Shown here: positions 1 to 12,850 of the stretch, one piece after another
Position numbering within the stretch: position 1 is the stretch's first letter
How the letters are laid out: each line of letters starts with the position of its first letter
The notes under the pieces: generated by a model
Databases searched by the model: none
What the model was told of the DNA's origin: nothing
The model's input: only the letters and a program-made list of their open reading frames with translations
DNA from: Squalus acanthias
Lineage: Eukaryota
Assembly: GCA_030390025.1 (NCBI GenBank)
Contig: CM059431.1
Span: 119,724,001-119,788,000 of the forward strand
Reading direction: 5' to 3'
DNA: 64,000 nucleotides
Program-made: the position numbers and the translations under genes

Positions 1-74
1 CAGAACATTAACTCTGTTTCTCACTCCACGAATGCTGCCTGACCTGCTGAGTGTTTCCAGCATTTTCTGTTGTT
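1..74 (+). repeat. Penelope-like element (PLE) terminal fragment, truncated by window start
   Basis: ttaactctgtttctcactccacgaatgctgcctgacctgctgagtgtttccagcattttctgtt matches copies at 955-1055, 29501-29640 and 50315-50454. Confidence 0.65.
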
Positions 75-954
75 AAAATCTACAGCTACTATTTTATTGA
101 CAGAGTTAGAGTAAATGACCCATAATCTGCAGTCTATGCACAGACAATTAAATCTGGATATAATTGTGAAACCATTTGTTACTATCATAACGGTTGTGTA
201 GAAGTGTTACCTTGAGAAATCTTTGCCAAAATAACCAAACTTTTTAGATTGTGACAGGCTGTAGATGTCAGTGTTTTATTACATACATGTCAGTGTAATG
301 TCTGTCATGAAACTAATGAAGAAAAATGCAAGCATAACTTCATACTAACTGGAGAAATTTCTACATATTCACTATATATCTACAGAGGTCTGACTATGAA
401 TATAAGTTGATGGTTCTTGACATTGTTGTGCTGAAGAATTAATTTTCAGGAAGGAGCACTTAGCTATCCTGGTATATCAACTTCACCAAGTAATGGACAG
501 GAGCTTGTCTTCAGAATGAGACCTGCTTCCATCAACCTATGAAGCTAAATGTTTATATGTGTACACTTCCGATGCAGAGCCTTGCCCACCTTGAGCACAC
601 ATTAGGAATTGCGGGCATGCTCCCCATGGATGGAAAATTATCACTACGATTTCCCAATACGTGCTCCCGGCAGGCAAAGCTCTCTGCTGGGAGTATCTGC
701 TCACAAAATCTACCTTATGGTGTCAGTTCTTCCCTCTTGTAGGACTATATTGCATTGTCTGTACCCATATACAGAGTAGTTCATTAGAAATCAGATTAGA
801 ATGATTTAAGAATTTTTTACCGTTTTAGTTTTCATCAGAAAGCAAAAAGACGATTCATCCCACCAAATGTATTCCTTTCACAGAACACGCACAATTTGCA
901 CTGCTTTACTGCTTTGTTCTGTTCCTTTTTACATGCTGTTTAATTGTAATATCT

Positions 955-1055
955 TCCACTTCTGATGAAGAGTCCCCACCTGAAACACTAACTTGTCTGT
1001 CCTCTCTGATGGACCTGCTGAATGTATCCAGCAATGTTTGCTGTGTTTCAGACAA
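955..1055 (+). repeat. Degenerate PLE terminal fragment with hammerhead-like core remnant
   Basis: CTGATGA (962-968) ... GAAAC, followed by the same gacctgctga...ccagca...tttcaga tail as the other copies. Confidence 0.55.
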
Positions 1056-1639
1056 TCCAGCCCTCTTATTTCAATGCTCAATCATGCAACTTGTTAGCGT
1101 CTTGTGCTTGACTGGATTTCCTCAAAGTACAGGGTATATTTGATCCAGCCTTATGTGCCTCTGTGCACAATCTCATGCCATTCATGAACCACAAGGACTT
1201 CCATTCTATTAGTATGTCGGTTGCCTTCATTTTATGGCAATCTACACCACCAGGATTATTTGATGGAGAAAGAAGTGTGCAGGGAGAACTCTTTAGTGAT
1301 TTAGGAGTGAATTTCCACGAGGATTTTCCTCCTTGCCCTCCGGATCTTTGGCGGAAAAACTGCGGAAATCCTTGGAAAACGGTATAAGTGCCATTTACAC
1401 AAGTGCATCTTTTTCTTCAGTGCTCACTAGGATTGCTCCCTATACACAAGCACTGTTCTCTTCCCCTTAAATGTGCTGCCTTGACCCCTTTTCTCATATT
1501 CCCATTCTTGACCCCTCCAACTATCACCCCAAGTCGAATCCCAAGCTCTCTTGGCTGCTCTTCACCCAGCTCCATGCTCAGCCCTTTCAAAATTTCCTTG
1601 CCAATCCCTTAAATCTGGATTTCACCTTTAGCTGTCTCA

Positions 1640-1835
1640 GTTTGACTATCTGTCACTCCCTCGCAAATGTCCTCTGCCTTGCTACTTCTCTCTCCTTTAA
1701 AAGCCTTTTCAAATTTCTATCTCTTTAACCATGCATTCTGCCATCTGTCCCAACTCTTCCACTATTGCTTAGCATTTGTTTCGCCTCTGTGAAGTACCTT
1801 GGGATATTTACTATGCTAAAGACCTGTTGTTGTTT
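1640..1835 (+). mobile_element. Old L2 LINE 3' fragment
   Basis: Resembles the L2 3' ends at 42270-42740 and 60265-60710 (ctcctttaa...tctttaacc...gtgaagtaccttgggatatttactatgctaaag, (tgt)n tail). Confidence 0.5.
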
Positions 1836-2069
1836 CCCTGAGGAAATTATTATTGATGAGATGTGTAGAGGAGGGGATTGAGATTGACCCATTCCTAGTA
1901 AGATCAGTATAACCTGATTAATCAGTATAACTGGTGCTACAGCAATGGGCAACATGGGTGTACATTATAACCATAATTGACTTACTGGCTTCCAGGGATT
2001 GATTCCTTGTCTTGCTGGTTGTCGCTGCAAGAGCTGAAACAAATGCTTTGCTTCCCAAAGATTTAGTAG

Positions 2070-2345
2070 ATAAGATTCATCTGGAGCATCATTAGGGTTT
2101 GATAGAGTGAATAGGGAAAGACTATTTCCTCTGGTTAGGGATTTGGTGACCAGGGGTCATCAAAGCAAACTTGTCACTGAGAGAGTGAAGAGACAGGTTA
2201 GGAGAAATGTTCTTTACACAAAGGATTGTTGGACCATGGAATGCTTTGCCACAGGGAATGGTTGAGCCAGTGACCATCACATCTTTGAAGTGAAAATTCA
2301 ATAAATATTTGAAGTAGAGGAAGATACAGGGCTATGGGAACTGAG
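2070..2345 (+). mobile_element. CR1 LINE 3' fragment
   Basis: Degenerate GFDRVNRERLFPL...FFTQRIVGPWNALP coding remnant plus gatacagggctatggg UTR, homologous to 37765-38320. Confidence 0.7.
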
Positions 2346-2899
2346 CGATATTCTATGGTTCTTTGCTGGCGATCATTCGGACATGGCATGTGGAATTGGA
2401 CTGGATTCTTTGCGTTTCTTCTCCTTAACAGGTGGCAGCTCTTGCTGGTGGCATTTTGTCTATAATTCTGTTCTCGAGTAACATTCTGGTGGTGTGCTGA
2501 TTTCCCATGTGTATTGAATACAAGAACTAGAAGGAGATAGGAATTCTGGGCTAAAAATTGGATATAGCCAAGAAAGTGGCAGTGTTAAGATTAAATGAGG
2601 TTAAGCGGCACCACCTGAAATTGGTCTAGTTAAGATGCAGACTTCATCCTCACTCTTCATTAACATGATTTTAGTCATGATTTCACTGCTAAAATTGCTG
2701 CTCATTGGCGTTACACTGAACAGGTGGACCAATTTCGAGGATGGTTTAATTTACAGCCATGACAGCCACAGGCTTTTTCCACTACTTACAGGGAAGGTAC
2801 ATTCATGCTGCAGCACTTCATTGTCAGGCTGCTTAGCTGTTCAGCTGCCCCAACAGCACAGTGAAGAGGCGGACGGTGAAACAACACTTACAAGTAGTG

Positions 2900-3496
2900 A
2901 TGGTAGAACATAGACGGAGGGAGAGAGCCCGTAGGTTCTCCGATGAAGTTCTCCAGGCATTGGTCTCCGCGGTGGAGAGGAGGTGGACGGTGTTATACCC
3001 GCAAACAGGCAGGAGGCCGTCGCCACACACATCCAGGTCTATGTGGCATGAGATCGCAGAGCCACCCAAGCTCTGACTTCTGCCATCATGTATGGGATGC
3101 CCACCGTCGACCGGGGCTTGCAGGGTGTCGCAGCAGGCCAACAATCTGTGCTCCAACAGATTGCTGGGAGTGCTGAGGCTCCGCCCTGAAATAGTGACAG
3201 TGGGTCAGTGGAGCAGGACTGTGTTGTCCTCTTTCAGATTGACAGCATTCCTCTTCCCAACACTGCCACTGCACCATTGCCTTGCCGCTGTTGTCAGCCA
3301 GCCAGCCCAGACTGCTGCCGCACATGTCGAGGTGGTGCAATCTACAGCCGGGCCTTCCAGGTCCGGAGCTACTCGAGGTTGTCCTGAAAGGCCATCTGCA
3401 GTCTCCCTCACTGAAAGTCAGCAGCCTTCCAAAAGCTATGCTACAGCCACTGGGGGAGCACTTTGTAGGAGCACTAGAATAGGAAAAGCCACATGA
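2900..3496 (+). pseudogene. Harbinger Myb/SANT-like DNA-binding protein gene, internally deleted
   Basis: MVEHRRRERARRFSDEVLQALVSAVERRWTVLYP...W fits the Myb/SANT-like (Myb_DNA-bind_5/NAIF1-type) N-terminus; low-complexity C-terminal part matches 26270-26690. Confidence 0.8.
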
Positions 3497-3711
3497 AAGA
3501 TAGACATTCAGGGATTGCACCAGGTTGATTAGTTAATAGTATAATTGTAAATATGTGTCTTGTGATTATTGATAAATTTATTACTTGTGTTTGGAATATG
3601 GTGTGGAGTGTCTCATTTCAGCTTTGTGCCCAGGAGAGCAATGTGATATTCCATGACACAGGAATGGTATGATGGAGATGTGGTGTGTAACGGGGATCTG
3701 GGGTTTCATTC

Positions 3712-4826
3712 ATTCGAATCAGAGTCTGATGAGCCACTCACGGACATCACGTCCGGATGGACGAATGGGTGCCTCCCTCCCTCCTCATCCTCTTGCTCCT
3801 CATTCTTGTCCTCTTCCTCCTCGTCCTCCTCTCACTTGCCCTCCTCGTCCTCCTCTCCCTCGCCCTCCTCCTGAGGTGGTGGAGCAATCCCTACTGGCGA
3901 GGGCTGTGCCCTCATGATGGCCAAGTTGTGAGGCATGCAGCAGACTACCACAAAATGGGAAACCTGCTCTGGCGTGTACTGGAGGGCTTCTCCGAGCAGT
4001 CAAGGCAGCAGAACTGTTGCTTCAGTAGCCCGGTGGTCGGCTCGATGATGTTCCTGGTGGAGGCATGGCTCTCATTGAGTGCTGGGCGCGAGTGTTGGGG
4101 TTGCGGAGGGGAGTCATGAGCCAGGTGCAGAGCGGATAGCCCTTGTCTCCGACGCAGGATGAAGGCCCGTGGCTTCTGCCAGGATAGCGGGCATGCACAT
4201 TGAGGATTCACCGTGCATGGTTGCACAACAACTGAGCATGAAGTGAGTGGTTCCGGAAGTCTCAGGATTATTATACGGTGCCCGCAAAGCCATGTGTGTG
4301 CAGTCGATGGCGCCCTGCACATGGAGAAGCCCGCTATCCTGGCAAAGCCACATGCACACTTGTCCCGCTTCTCTCTGCTGAGAGAGAAGCCAATGTAGTC
4401 CCTTCTCCTGCTGTAGAGAGCCTCAGTGACCTCCAGATGCAGCGATGGACAGCGAACTGTGAGATGTTAGCTATATCTCCTACTACCAAATGGAAGGATC
4501 CTCTGGTGAAGAAATTGAGTGCCATGGTGAATTTGACTGCTGCTGGGAGACCCGTGGTCACCCTGCTCTCAGGCTGCAGGTCTGGTTGCAGCAGGTGGCA
4601 GAGTTCTGTGTCCACCTCCTTGCTGAAGTGGAGCCTCCGAAGACACTGCTCCTCGCTTAAGTGGAGGTAGGAGAAGTGCTGTCGGAAGACCCTAAGGCCT
4701 CCTGTTGAGAGCCCTCATGGCCCTCTTCGTCCTGCCTCTGTATGCAGGTTCCCATCTTCCTCGCTGCCTCTGCTCCCTCTGCCATAGATCCTGGAGGGTG
4801 AGGTTGACTGCCAGTATAGCCCCCAT
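3712..4826 (-). pseudogene. Harbinger/HARBI1-like DDE transposase, frameshifted
   Basis: Motifs across frames: FRQHFSYLHLSEEQCLRRLHF, TELCHLLQPDLQP...ALNFFTRGSF...GDIANISQFAVHRCI, VQGAIDCTH, AHDS, ESHASTRNIIE..GLLKQQFCCLD, acidic tail; the GDxGY segment appears deleted. Confidence 0.85.
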
Positions 4827-5475
4827 GACTGTGAGGACGTGTTGTGAGCAGAAGCCTTTAAAAACGAACGAGGGACTTCTGCACTTGAATCAACACTTCC
4901 TTTACCAAAATCTTGAAATAACTAAAGAAAGCTGTTTCAGTTGCAGGAAGTAGCAAATAGCCACTGAAACTGCTGAACCATGTGAGGTGCAACTGATTGG
5001 GGATGGTGCCTTTAAATATCGCTGCTGCAGCCTGCTTCCTACTGGCAGACGCCCGCTCTCCCTGTCGTTGTTCTGCGCTGACGGTATGGTAAGTGACTAA
5101 ATCCAATGTTGGAGATCAGGCGTCAAGTGAGCATTGCACATTCATTGACATCACGATCTCTGTTATTTAAATCTCTCTGGCGCTAGTGTTTACCAGCAGT
5201 GTTACCGGCAGCTCGAAAATGGCCCACGCCGATGGATCTGCCTGCAGCTAGTGGAAGAGCGCCAGCAGCCGTCTTTTCGCCATTTCATAGTGGTAGTGGC
5301 CGACACTAAAGCTTCCAATTTCTCCACCAAAGATTATTCTGTTATGTAATCCATGCTATTTCATCTTATTATTTAGACTTCATTTGTTCCTTATTGCTTC
5401 ACTGGGTAGCATAGAATAGGAAATTCAACTTCTGCTAATACAGCATGAAGTAATTGTTTTTATGAAGAAGTTTTA

Positions 5476-6024
5476 TCTCTGATTTTAACCTCCTGAGCAC
5501 CACTAGGATGAGGCATGCAGGGGGGCTAAAATATAAGCAGCATGGCACACACCGAGCCCCATGCTATTTACCAGGCCGTGTGTGAGACCTTTGCCCAGGC
5601 TGGGGCCTTTCTCATCAGGGAAACACAACGCTGAGGATCAGCAAGCACAGAAGAGGGCGAAAAACGTAAAATTATTTTAATTGTTAAAGGTTTCATTGGA
5701 GGCCAGGACGAGCAAGCATACTCCTCCAGGTCTCACAAGGAATCCTTGGGTTACCCATGCCCTGGGATTGCCATGATTGCTTGGGTTCCTGCCATCTTCA
5801 CCTACCTTGCCAGGGTCTGTTCCCAGCCTCCTGCCATGCTCGCCTGACTCTGCTTCCTAGACTGATGTCATTGACACCAGGTTCGGGTAGGAATTGGGCC
5901 TGGTCTATTTAAACGAGATCTGCAAGTTAAAATGGCCTAGGTCTCACGTCAGCGAGCTGAGGTAAGCATTACGCTCACTCCACCAGCCCCAAACTCCCCA
6001 CCCGCCCCGAGTTAAAATCGGGAC
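5476..6024. mobile_element. Harbinger-type MITE
   Basis: Inverted ends gattttaac / gttaaaatc; central ggaggccaggacgagca...tcctccaggtctcacaagga module. Confidence 0.55.
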
Positions 6025-6635
6025 TTGTGTGGAGTTATCTTCAGTCAGTAGTATGAAATAATAACCTATTGCAATGACTGTGTTTGGTTAATTAAACTTC
6101 AGAAATCTAGGTGTGCCCTCAGACAGTTGCTGTTGAACCTGATTAAGTGGACAAAGCATTGGTAATGTTACTACTTGATGTTTTAACTAGCAGTTAGTTG
6201 TCACACCAAACTAGAGTATATGTTTAATAAGGTTTGTCATCTGGACTACTTTATGCATGCAGAAACATCATTACTACATGTATAAAATGCGTAATTTTAT
6301 TGAAGAAATGGAGAACTGGCTCATGTATAGTGTTTTATGATGTCCATAGGGCATCCCAAAGTATGAATTGCTCTTTTAGCAATCACACCATTGTTAATCT
6401 GTAGTGTGCCCAGCTTCTTTAAATTCAACAGAACAATAACTCTTAATCACTCTCCCAAAATGCCTTCCTACCACTTTTGAAATACATTGTACAGCAGTAC
6501 AAAATCATGATTAAAAGGTAGATTTTCTGATTTCTTTTTTGTTTTGATTACAATGAATAGAAAATCTGAGCTGCACTTGCCCCAGGATGGTCCATTACTA
6601 TGGGCGAGGACTTTGGAAATCTATCCCAAACACAA

Positions 6636-8856
6636 AGGCTGGAATTTTACCCTTAAAAAAAGGGTGGATTTGGAGTGTGGGGGTAGTTGAAGTGTTAAAA
6701 CTGTGATTCCTGACCTGATCCCGCCTCCAACCCGCCCACTTCCAGTTTTAACAGAGGTGGGACTGGGACAGGACTGGAGGCAGGTGACCAACCCGCTCCC
6801 AGGGGGCGGCACATCAATATAAATATTAAAATGAGGCTGGAAGCCTCTTTTCTAACCTCCAATTTGAATTTAACTGCCTGTGAACGGGTTTCGCACAATT
6901 CGTGAAACCCGGCAGTTAAACCGAGGCGGAGACTGCTGCGTCCAGGAGGTAAGTGGCTTTATACCTACCTCCTGGATCCAGGATCCCTGCCTAACCCATC
7001 CTACCGCGATTGGAGACCCCACCACGAGGCCTCCGATCACCTTCTCAGGCCTCCTCCCGCAGGCCTCCAATCCCCTCCATGATGCCTCCAGCCCCCCACC
7101 GATGATGCGGAGGCTGGCCACAATCGTCTGCTGGCCAGCCCTGATCCTCTCTCCCACCCGCGATCACCGGCTGACACACCCCATCAGCCCCCTGATCCTC
7201 CAGAACCGCCCCACCCCCCGCCGATCCCTGGTCGACTCCAATCCCCAATCCCCGGCCGACACCCCAGCTGCTTCCCCCACCCCCGCCGCCAAACCAGCTG
7301 ATCCCGGACACACAGCAGTGGGGGAAGCAATTAAAATCATTAGTGGCTGGTTTACAGCCACTTAACAATGCTTTTTTCCCCAGCTTTTTGAATTTGACAG
7401 TTCGCCCACCAGTTTCCCGCTGTGCTTAGACCTCGTCTGTGAAACTCAGGCGAGAGGTCATTGGCCATTGTTTCAGCTGATCAGTTGACAGCTTCAAATG
7501 TCAAGACATGTTCCCTTAGCCACTAACATCTCTAAACTGCATTTCCACAACAGATTCAGGATGCTGCAAGTCTTTACACAAGTCTCCATTCAATCTGACC
7601 TCATTACCTCTCCCACCATTGACAGATCGCTTCTGTCATCTCTACTTCACCTGCTATCTATTCCATCAGCATTGGTGCACTTTATAATCTCTCACAATGG
7701 TCCTCAGAACCCCACCACGATCAGCCCCAACACCAGCATCACCAGGCATACCAGCAGCACCAGGCACACCAGCAGTACCAACAACAACACCAAACTTCTC
7801 CGCAATCAACTAATGATGCACAGGAAACAGGGCATCAGCACCTGACCTCATTGCTGCCTGGGACGCCAGAGATGGCCTCACCATGGCCAGATTTACTTCA
7901 CTTGACGCTGTACACCCTAGCTGCCACATGATGCGCCAGGTTGCCACCACCCCACACCAACACCATAAAGCATCCCTATGCCCAAGCCATTCCTTTCACA
8001 CTCATGACCATTGCGGGGGGTACAGTTATGTCTCACCATTCAGTGCAACTCACTAAGCCACTTCCAAAAGTCCACACAAATCTATCCAAGAACGCAAAGT
8101 TTTGAAAATAAAGATTTCAGTGTTTGCCAGCACAGTAACAGAAACTTTACATGAATATTGGATAAAACAGCCAACTGCCTACTCTTGTGTGTTGTTAGTT
8201 GGTACTTGCTACACTAGTATGAGGGTGAGTGTGAGGGGTAGCTAGTGAGATGAGGATGTGATAATGTAGATAGAGAGGGATGGGTGGAGGTGCAAGGTAA
8301 TTTGGTGTGAGTAAGGATGTGCAGGAGTAGGATAGGGAGGGCAGAGTGATGGGGATGTGATGAGAGGCTCAGCAGGATGAAGTTGAGTGTGGCTTTGTAC
8401 TAACGTTTCATGATCTATTGAGACACTGCACGCAGGTCCTCCTGACCACATCCCTGCTTGTGCCCTCCTCTGCAATGTGCAACCAGGCTGTGTTGATCTC
8501 CTGGGGAGGTCTTCTCTGCCCATGGGAAAGGAAGAGGACCTCCCTGTGTGCTGTGACTCCCTCCACTGCAGTGCGTGTCAGTGTTTGCAGCACCTTAATG
8601 TTGTAGAACACTGACAGCACAACTGTCAAATTAAAGTTGGACAGGGTCCCTTTAAGGAAATCGGCTGATGACGTGTCAGCAAGAGATGTCATCTGACCCG
8701 CTTCCGTCAATTGGCTGGGAAACTCGCTGGGCGCGGCTTAACAAGCCCAATCTCTGTAAATTCATTTTACAGAGCGGGCTGGAGACAGCAGTGGGGCCGC
8801 GACCCGCCACCGACGTTGTCCGTCACGGACCCGCCGAGGTTGGTAAAATCCAGCCC
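6636..8856 (-). mobile_element. Non-autonomous Harbinger element with Myb/SANT remnant
   Basis: TIRs aggctggaattttacc / ggtaaaatccagccc; minus ORF 8408-8710 has REVLF...RRPPQEINTAWLHIAEE..SR.VVRRT..QC; 7480-8856 is the reverse complement of about 47607-48900. Confidence 0.75.
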
Positions 8857-9043
8857 ATCTTTTCTACAGGTCACCCTTCAGCCTTCTCTTTGCTGGAGAA
8901 AAGAGCTTCAGCCTGTTCAATCTTTCCTGATAGTTCTAACCTCTCAGTTCTGGTGTCAACTTTGTGAATCTTTTTACACCTTCCCTAACGCCTCTATATC
9001 GTTTTTATAATACGGCGACCAGAACTGTGCACAGTACTCCAAG
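8857..9043 (-). mobile_element. CR1 LINE fragment
   Basis: LEYCAQFWSPYYKNDIEALGKV on minus strand. Confidence 0.75.
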
Positions 9044-9046
9044 GAT

Positions 9047-9163
9047 GGGCTGGAAATGGCAGCGGGCAGATTGGGAGCGGGAATGAGGCAGTAATTCTGC
9101 ATCATAATTTTCAAAACATCACCGACCAATTCCCTCGGAACGGCGGGAATGAAAATCGGGGCC
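9047..9163. mobile_element. Short Harbinger-type MITE
   Basis: Ends gggctggaaat / aaaatcggggcc. Confidence 0.45.
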
Positions 9164-10339
9164 ATCGTGTCACTTATTGTCATAAATTATGAACCATGTG
9201 TTATTTAGCAGAGGAAGATACGAGATTTAACACCTCTTTCTCTCTGTCTCTAGATATAATTTACTGAGGCTCAGTTGACTGCATGGAGCCTCATCACATG
9301 GAAGCATGGGTCAGAGATCAGCACTAAAGGTCAATTCTGTGAGCCATCACCTCGCTCCACATTCAGAGTGGAACCTCAAAAATAAAGCCCTTGTGTGCCT
9401 CCTCCATGATGGAGTTTGGTGACCTATATATTGCCAATCTTTCCATCCCCTACACATCTGGATAGTATCAGCCTCTGATATTACTCTTTCCCATTCCATC
9501 ACATTGTCCAACTATGTTATTCATTGCTTCTTGATCTTTCAGACAACAACTTTCCTTATGACACCAGATTAATATTTTCCTTATCATATTACGTCTTACT
9601 TCTTCTCTTATTTCTTCTGCTAAATTTCCTCAAGAGCTGTCTTTTCTAACATGCCTTCAGTCACCTCTGCTAACTCTACTTTTACTGCTCAGCATCCTTT
9701 CTTCTCTGTGAAATGCCTTGGGATGTTTTATTACATGAAAGGCAACATAAAAAATCTAACTTGTTTTTGTTGTTGCTAGTTCAAGGATTTTCACTCGTCA
9801 AACTTTCTTATATAGTGTTCATCAAATGTCTGTAACATCATAACTCAAACCCTAGTCTATTTACTTCAACTTCAAGGTGCAATATTCACAGCCGTACAAT
9901 GCTGTTTAAAGTGTTCTACTTCTTAACGCGAGTAGCATCATGTCATGCCATCTGTTTTTAAAGGGACACAACGACATTGATGAAGAGAAAGACAGGAGGA
10001 AAAACCCTGACTCTACACAACCATATAAGTTTGTCCTTCAATGCACCTGGAAAATGTGGACCAGGAATTTCCTCAGAGCTACTTTAACTTTGTCACTTAA
10101 TCGTTGCCGGAAGTGTAATGGAAACCTCATTTATGCACGTAAACGGGAGTTCCACTACACTTTCGGAGTTATGTTGGCGGAGCTGGAGCAGCTCCGATGA
10201 GCAAACATATTAGCCACAAAGATTGGGAGTTGTCTCCTCAATGCATTCCACACTTCTTGAAACAGCCAGAGGCACAGCGTATCTGGAAGGATTAAATCAC
10301 CAAAAATATGTACAATGATTTTCCATGCATTGGGACTCG

Positions 10340-10800
10340 GGAGAGGAAGCCGGGGGATTTGTAATTGGGGGTCGGGAGAGGAGGCTGAGGATGGGTGGTG
10401 GGTGCGGGGGGGGGAGGTGTGGGGGATCAGGGGTTGCGAGCAGTGGCGATTGGAAGGGTGGTTAAATGTGGGGTTGGGAGGAGCACTCCTGCTCCTCCGG
10501 GCTCCACATTCAGGTAAGTAACTTACCTTTTTTCTTGCAGGCGTTCTACCTGGTTGGTTTCCCTGAGTGCAGCCCATGACGGCACTGACTGCCTCAGGTC
10601 AAACCAATCTTGGATAGGAGACCTCAAGCAGGTGTTGGGCCCTTCATTTGCATATGCAAAGGGCCCAATGCCTGCTTCGAGGGTGGGAAATGATGCCTCT
10701 TGTTTGTCCTTACCCAATACGGTGGGCGGTGGACTTTCAGACGGATGTGTGTGTGCGCTTCCCACCGGCCATTTTGTGGCCTTAGATTCAATTTCTAGGC
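10340..10800. mobile_element. Partial Harbinger-type MITE
   Basis: G-rich segment, gagcactcctgctcc module, caggtaagtaacttacct palindrome, right end caatttctaggc. Confidence 0.5.
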
Positions 10801-10924
10801 AATAAACCGAGATAGCAGGAGCTGCACATGAAGATTGAAAAATGACACTGTTGTCCTGGGTTTCTGATGATTGTCCATCGACATCACAACAGAAAGTCAG
10901 AAGAACCACCACAGAAAGTCCAGG

Positions 10925-11087
10925 TGAAATAAGCATACAACCAGAGGTAAAAGTACTTCCATTGTTGGAGGAATGGCTAACATCAGGCCCCTCGGAAGGA
11001 ATGAGGAGGAAGCTCTGCAACTCCTAGGAAGACACGCTGCAGAGCTTGTTGGAGATGGACAAGCTAGAGAGGAGCTATCAAGTTCAG
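10925..11087 (+). pseudogene. Old Harbinger Myb/SANT second-exon remnant
   Basis: Reads NKHTTRGKSTSIVGGMANIRPLGRNEEEALQLLGRHAAELVGDG..., similar to exon 2 of the copy at 25890-26052; ends at tcag|gttggc. Confidence 0.5.
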
Positions 11088-12075
11088 GTTGGCAAAGGGC
11101 TGAATCATTTACACAACTGTGAGTTTTTGCATTCTGATGACTCATTCCCCAGTATTCCTCTCTCCCCCGATCCCCTATCTCCAAACCCTGTTCCCCAGTC
11201 TCTCGCTCTCTTCAGGAACCTGATCTCCAGTCCCCTGTCACCCTTTCCCTCTATTCCCCCCACCCTGTCCTAATCTCCCAACCCCACCTCCCTGAGTCCC
11301 AATCTCACCAAATCCACCCCCACCTCAAAATCCCAGTATCTGGGCACCCAATCTCCTGCCCCTTAGTCTCAGTTTACCGAATCCATCCTATCCCCGCTTT
11401 GTGTTTCTCCACAAACTGCTCCCGTTTCCGGTCACTCCTCAGTGGGAGGGCTGAATCTTTGTGTTGGCAGGAGGGGGTCGCTGATGTCATGGACCCGGTT
11501 GTGGAACGTTACACTGGCTCAAAATTTAAAAGCGCAGGTTGAAGCAGTACCCAGGAGACTTGGCATAACACACGACAAGCTGGATGGAACTGTTCCATTG
11601 AGTTCCATATGTTTGACACCCCTGGTCTACATAGTAACAATGGCTGCACTTCGAAAGTAATTGGTTGTGGAACAGTTTCAGACCGCCTGAGGAAGTGAAA
11701 AGTTTGATATGAAGGCAAGCTTTAAGTGCTATATAAATGTTTTCTTGCTTTCTCTCTTTCGCTCTTTCTCGCTTTCTTGCTTTCTTTCTTGCTTTTTAAA
11801 GTTTCACAGAGAATTGGCATAAGTCTCCACTGTTTCAGTTTACACAACAACATGGGTGCATCAGTAAGTCTGATTTTACAGTACATGTTGGAAGAAGAAA
11901 GAAGAGGAAGAAGAACAGCAGAGGAGAGCCAGGAAGGATTGACTATTACCCCAGGCTGCATGCCTACCTCGGGCAACAAAGCTACCTCGATCTCACTGAA
12001 CAGGAATATTTGCCGAGGCTATTCCACATGAAAAGAACCAATGAATAATTGTGCCATCTCCTGCACGGCACAATA

Positions 12076-12390
12076 GGGGCAGCACGGTGGCAGGGTGGTT
12101 AGCACTGTTGCCTCACAGCGCCAGGGACCCGGGTTCGAATCCGGCCTCGGGTGACTGTCTGTGTGGAGTTTGCACATTCTCCCCGTGTCTGCGTGGGTTT
12201 CCTCCGGGTGCTCCGGTTTCCTCCCACAGTCCAAAGATGTGCGGGTTAGGTTGATTTGGCTATGATAAATTGACCCTTAGTGTTAGGGGGGATGAAATAC
12301 GTGGGGTTACGGGGATAGGGTGGGATATGTGTCAGTGCAGGCTCGATGGGCCGAAATGGCCTCTATCTGCACTGTGGGGATTCTGTGAAC
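12076..12390 (+). mobile_element. HE1-like tRNA-derived V-SINE
   Basis: Pol III A box (tggcagggtggtt) and B box (ggttcgaatcc), V-domain tgtgtggagtttgcacattctccccgtgtctgcgtgggtttcctccgggtgctccggtttcctcccaca, CR1-derived tail (gatgggccgaaatggcct). Confidence 0.9.
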
Positions 12391-12444
12391 CATGGCACAG
12401 CAACAACACTGCACTGCCAGTATCAGTAAAAGTGAGAAAGGCAC

Positions 12445-12850
12445 TTTATTGTCATGAATTCCTTCCCAGGACTTGAGCAGATATATCTAGTGCAGTACTG
12501 AGAGAGTGCTGCATTCTCAGACGTGCCTTCTTTCGAATGAGACGTTAAACCGAGGCCCTGTCTGCTCTCTCAGGTGGATGTAAAAGATCCCATTGCACTA
12601 TTTCGAAGAAAATCAGTGGAGTTCTCCCCAGTGTCCTGGCCTACATGTATGCCTCAATCAACATTAATACAAACAGATTATCTGGTCATTATCTCATCCC
12701 TGTTTGTGGTATCTTGCTGTGCTCAAATTGGCTGCCACCTTTTCCTAAATTACAACAATGACTACACTTCAAAATTACTTCCTTGGGTGTAAAGCACTTT
12801 GGGACGTCCTGAGGTTGTGAAAGACACTTTATAAATGTATGCCTTTTGGT
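12445..12850 (+). mobile_element. DeuSINE (SacSINE1/AmnSINE-related) with L2-derived tail
   Basis: gtgcagtactgag...gagacgttaaaccgaggccctgtctg...ggtggatgtaaaagatccc Deu-type core; tail gtaaagcactttgggacgtcctgaggttgtgaaag. Confidence 0.8.

Larger units (their letters stand above)
2548..5328. mobile_element. Decayed two-gene PIF/Harbinger DNA transposon (Myb/SANT gene on +, DDE transposase on -, convergent)
   Basis: Imperfect TIRs gggctaaaaattgga / tccaatttctccacc bracket both coding remnants; left end is homologous to the copy starting at 25019. Confidence 0.8.

Noticed and set aside
2405..2500. Strong plus-strand acceptor (ttcttctccttaacag|G) followed by hydrophobic VAALAGGILSIILFS
   Set aside because: No convincing donor, all frames stop within about 70 nt, and no partner exons were found.
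3712..4826. Host HARBI1 or NAIF1 gene
   Set aside because: Frameshifts, stops, a deleted catalytic segment and flanking TIRs indicate a dead transposon, not the domesticated gene.
12076..12150. tRNA gene
   Set aside because: It is the tRNA-derived head of a V-SINE, continuous with the V-domain and LINE tail.
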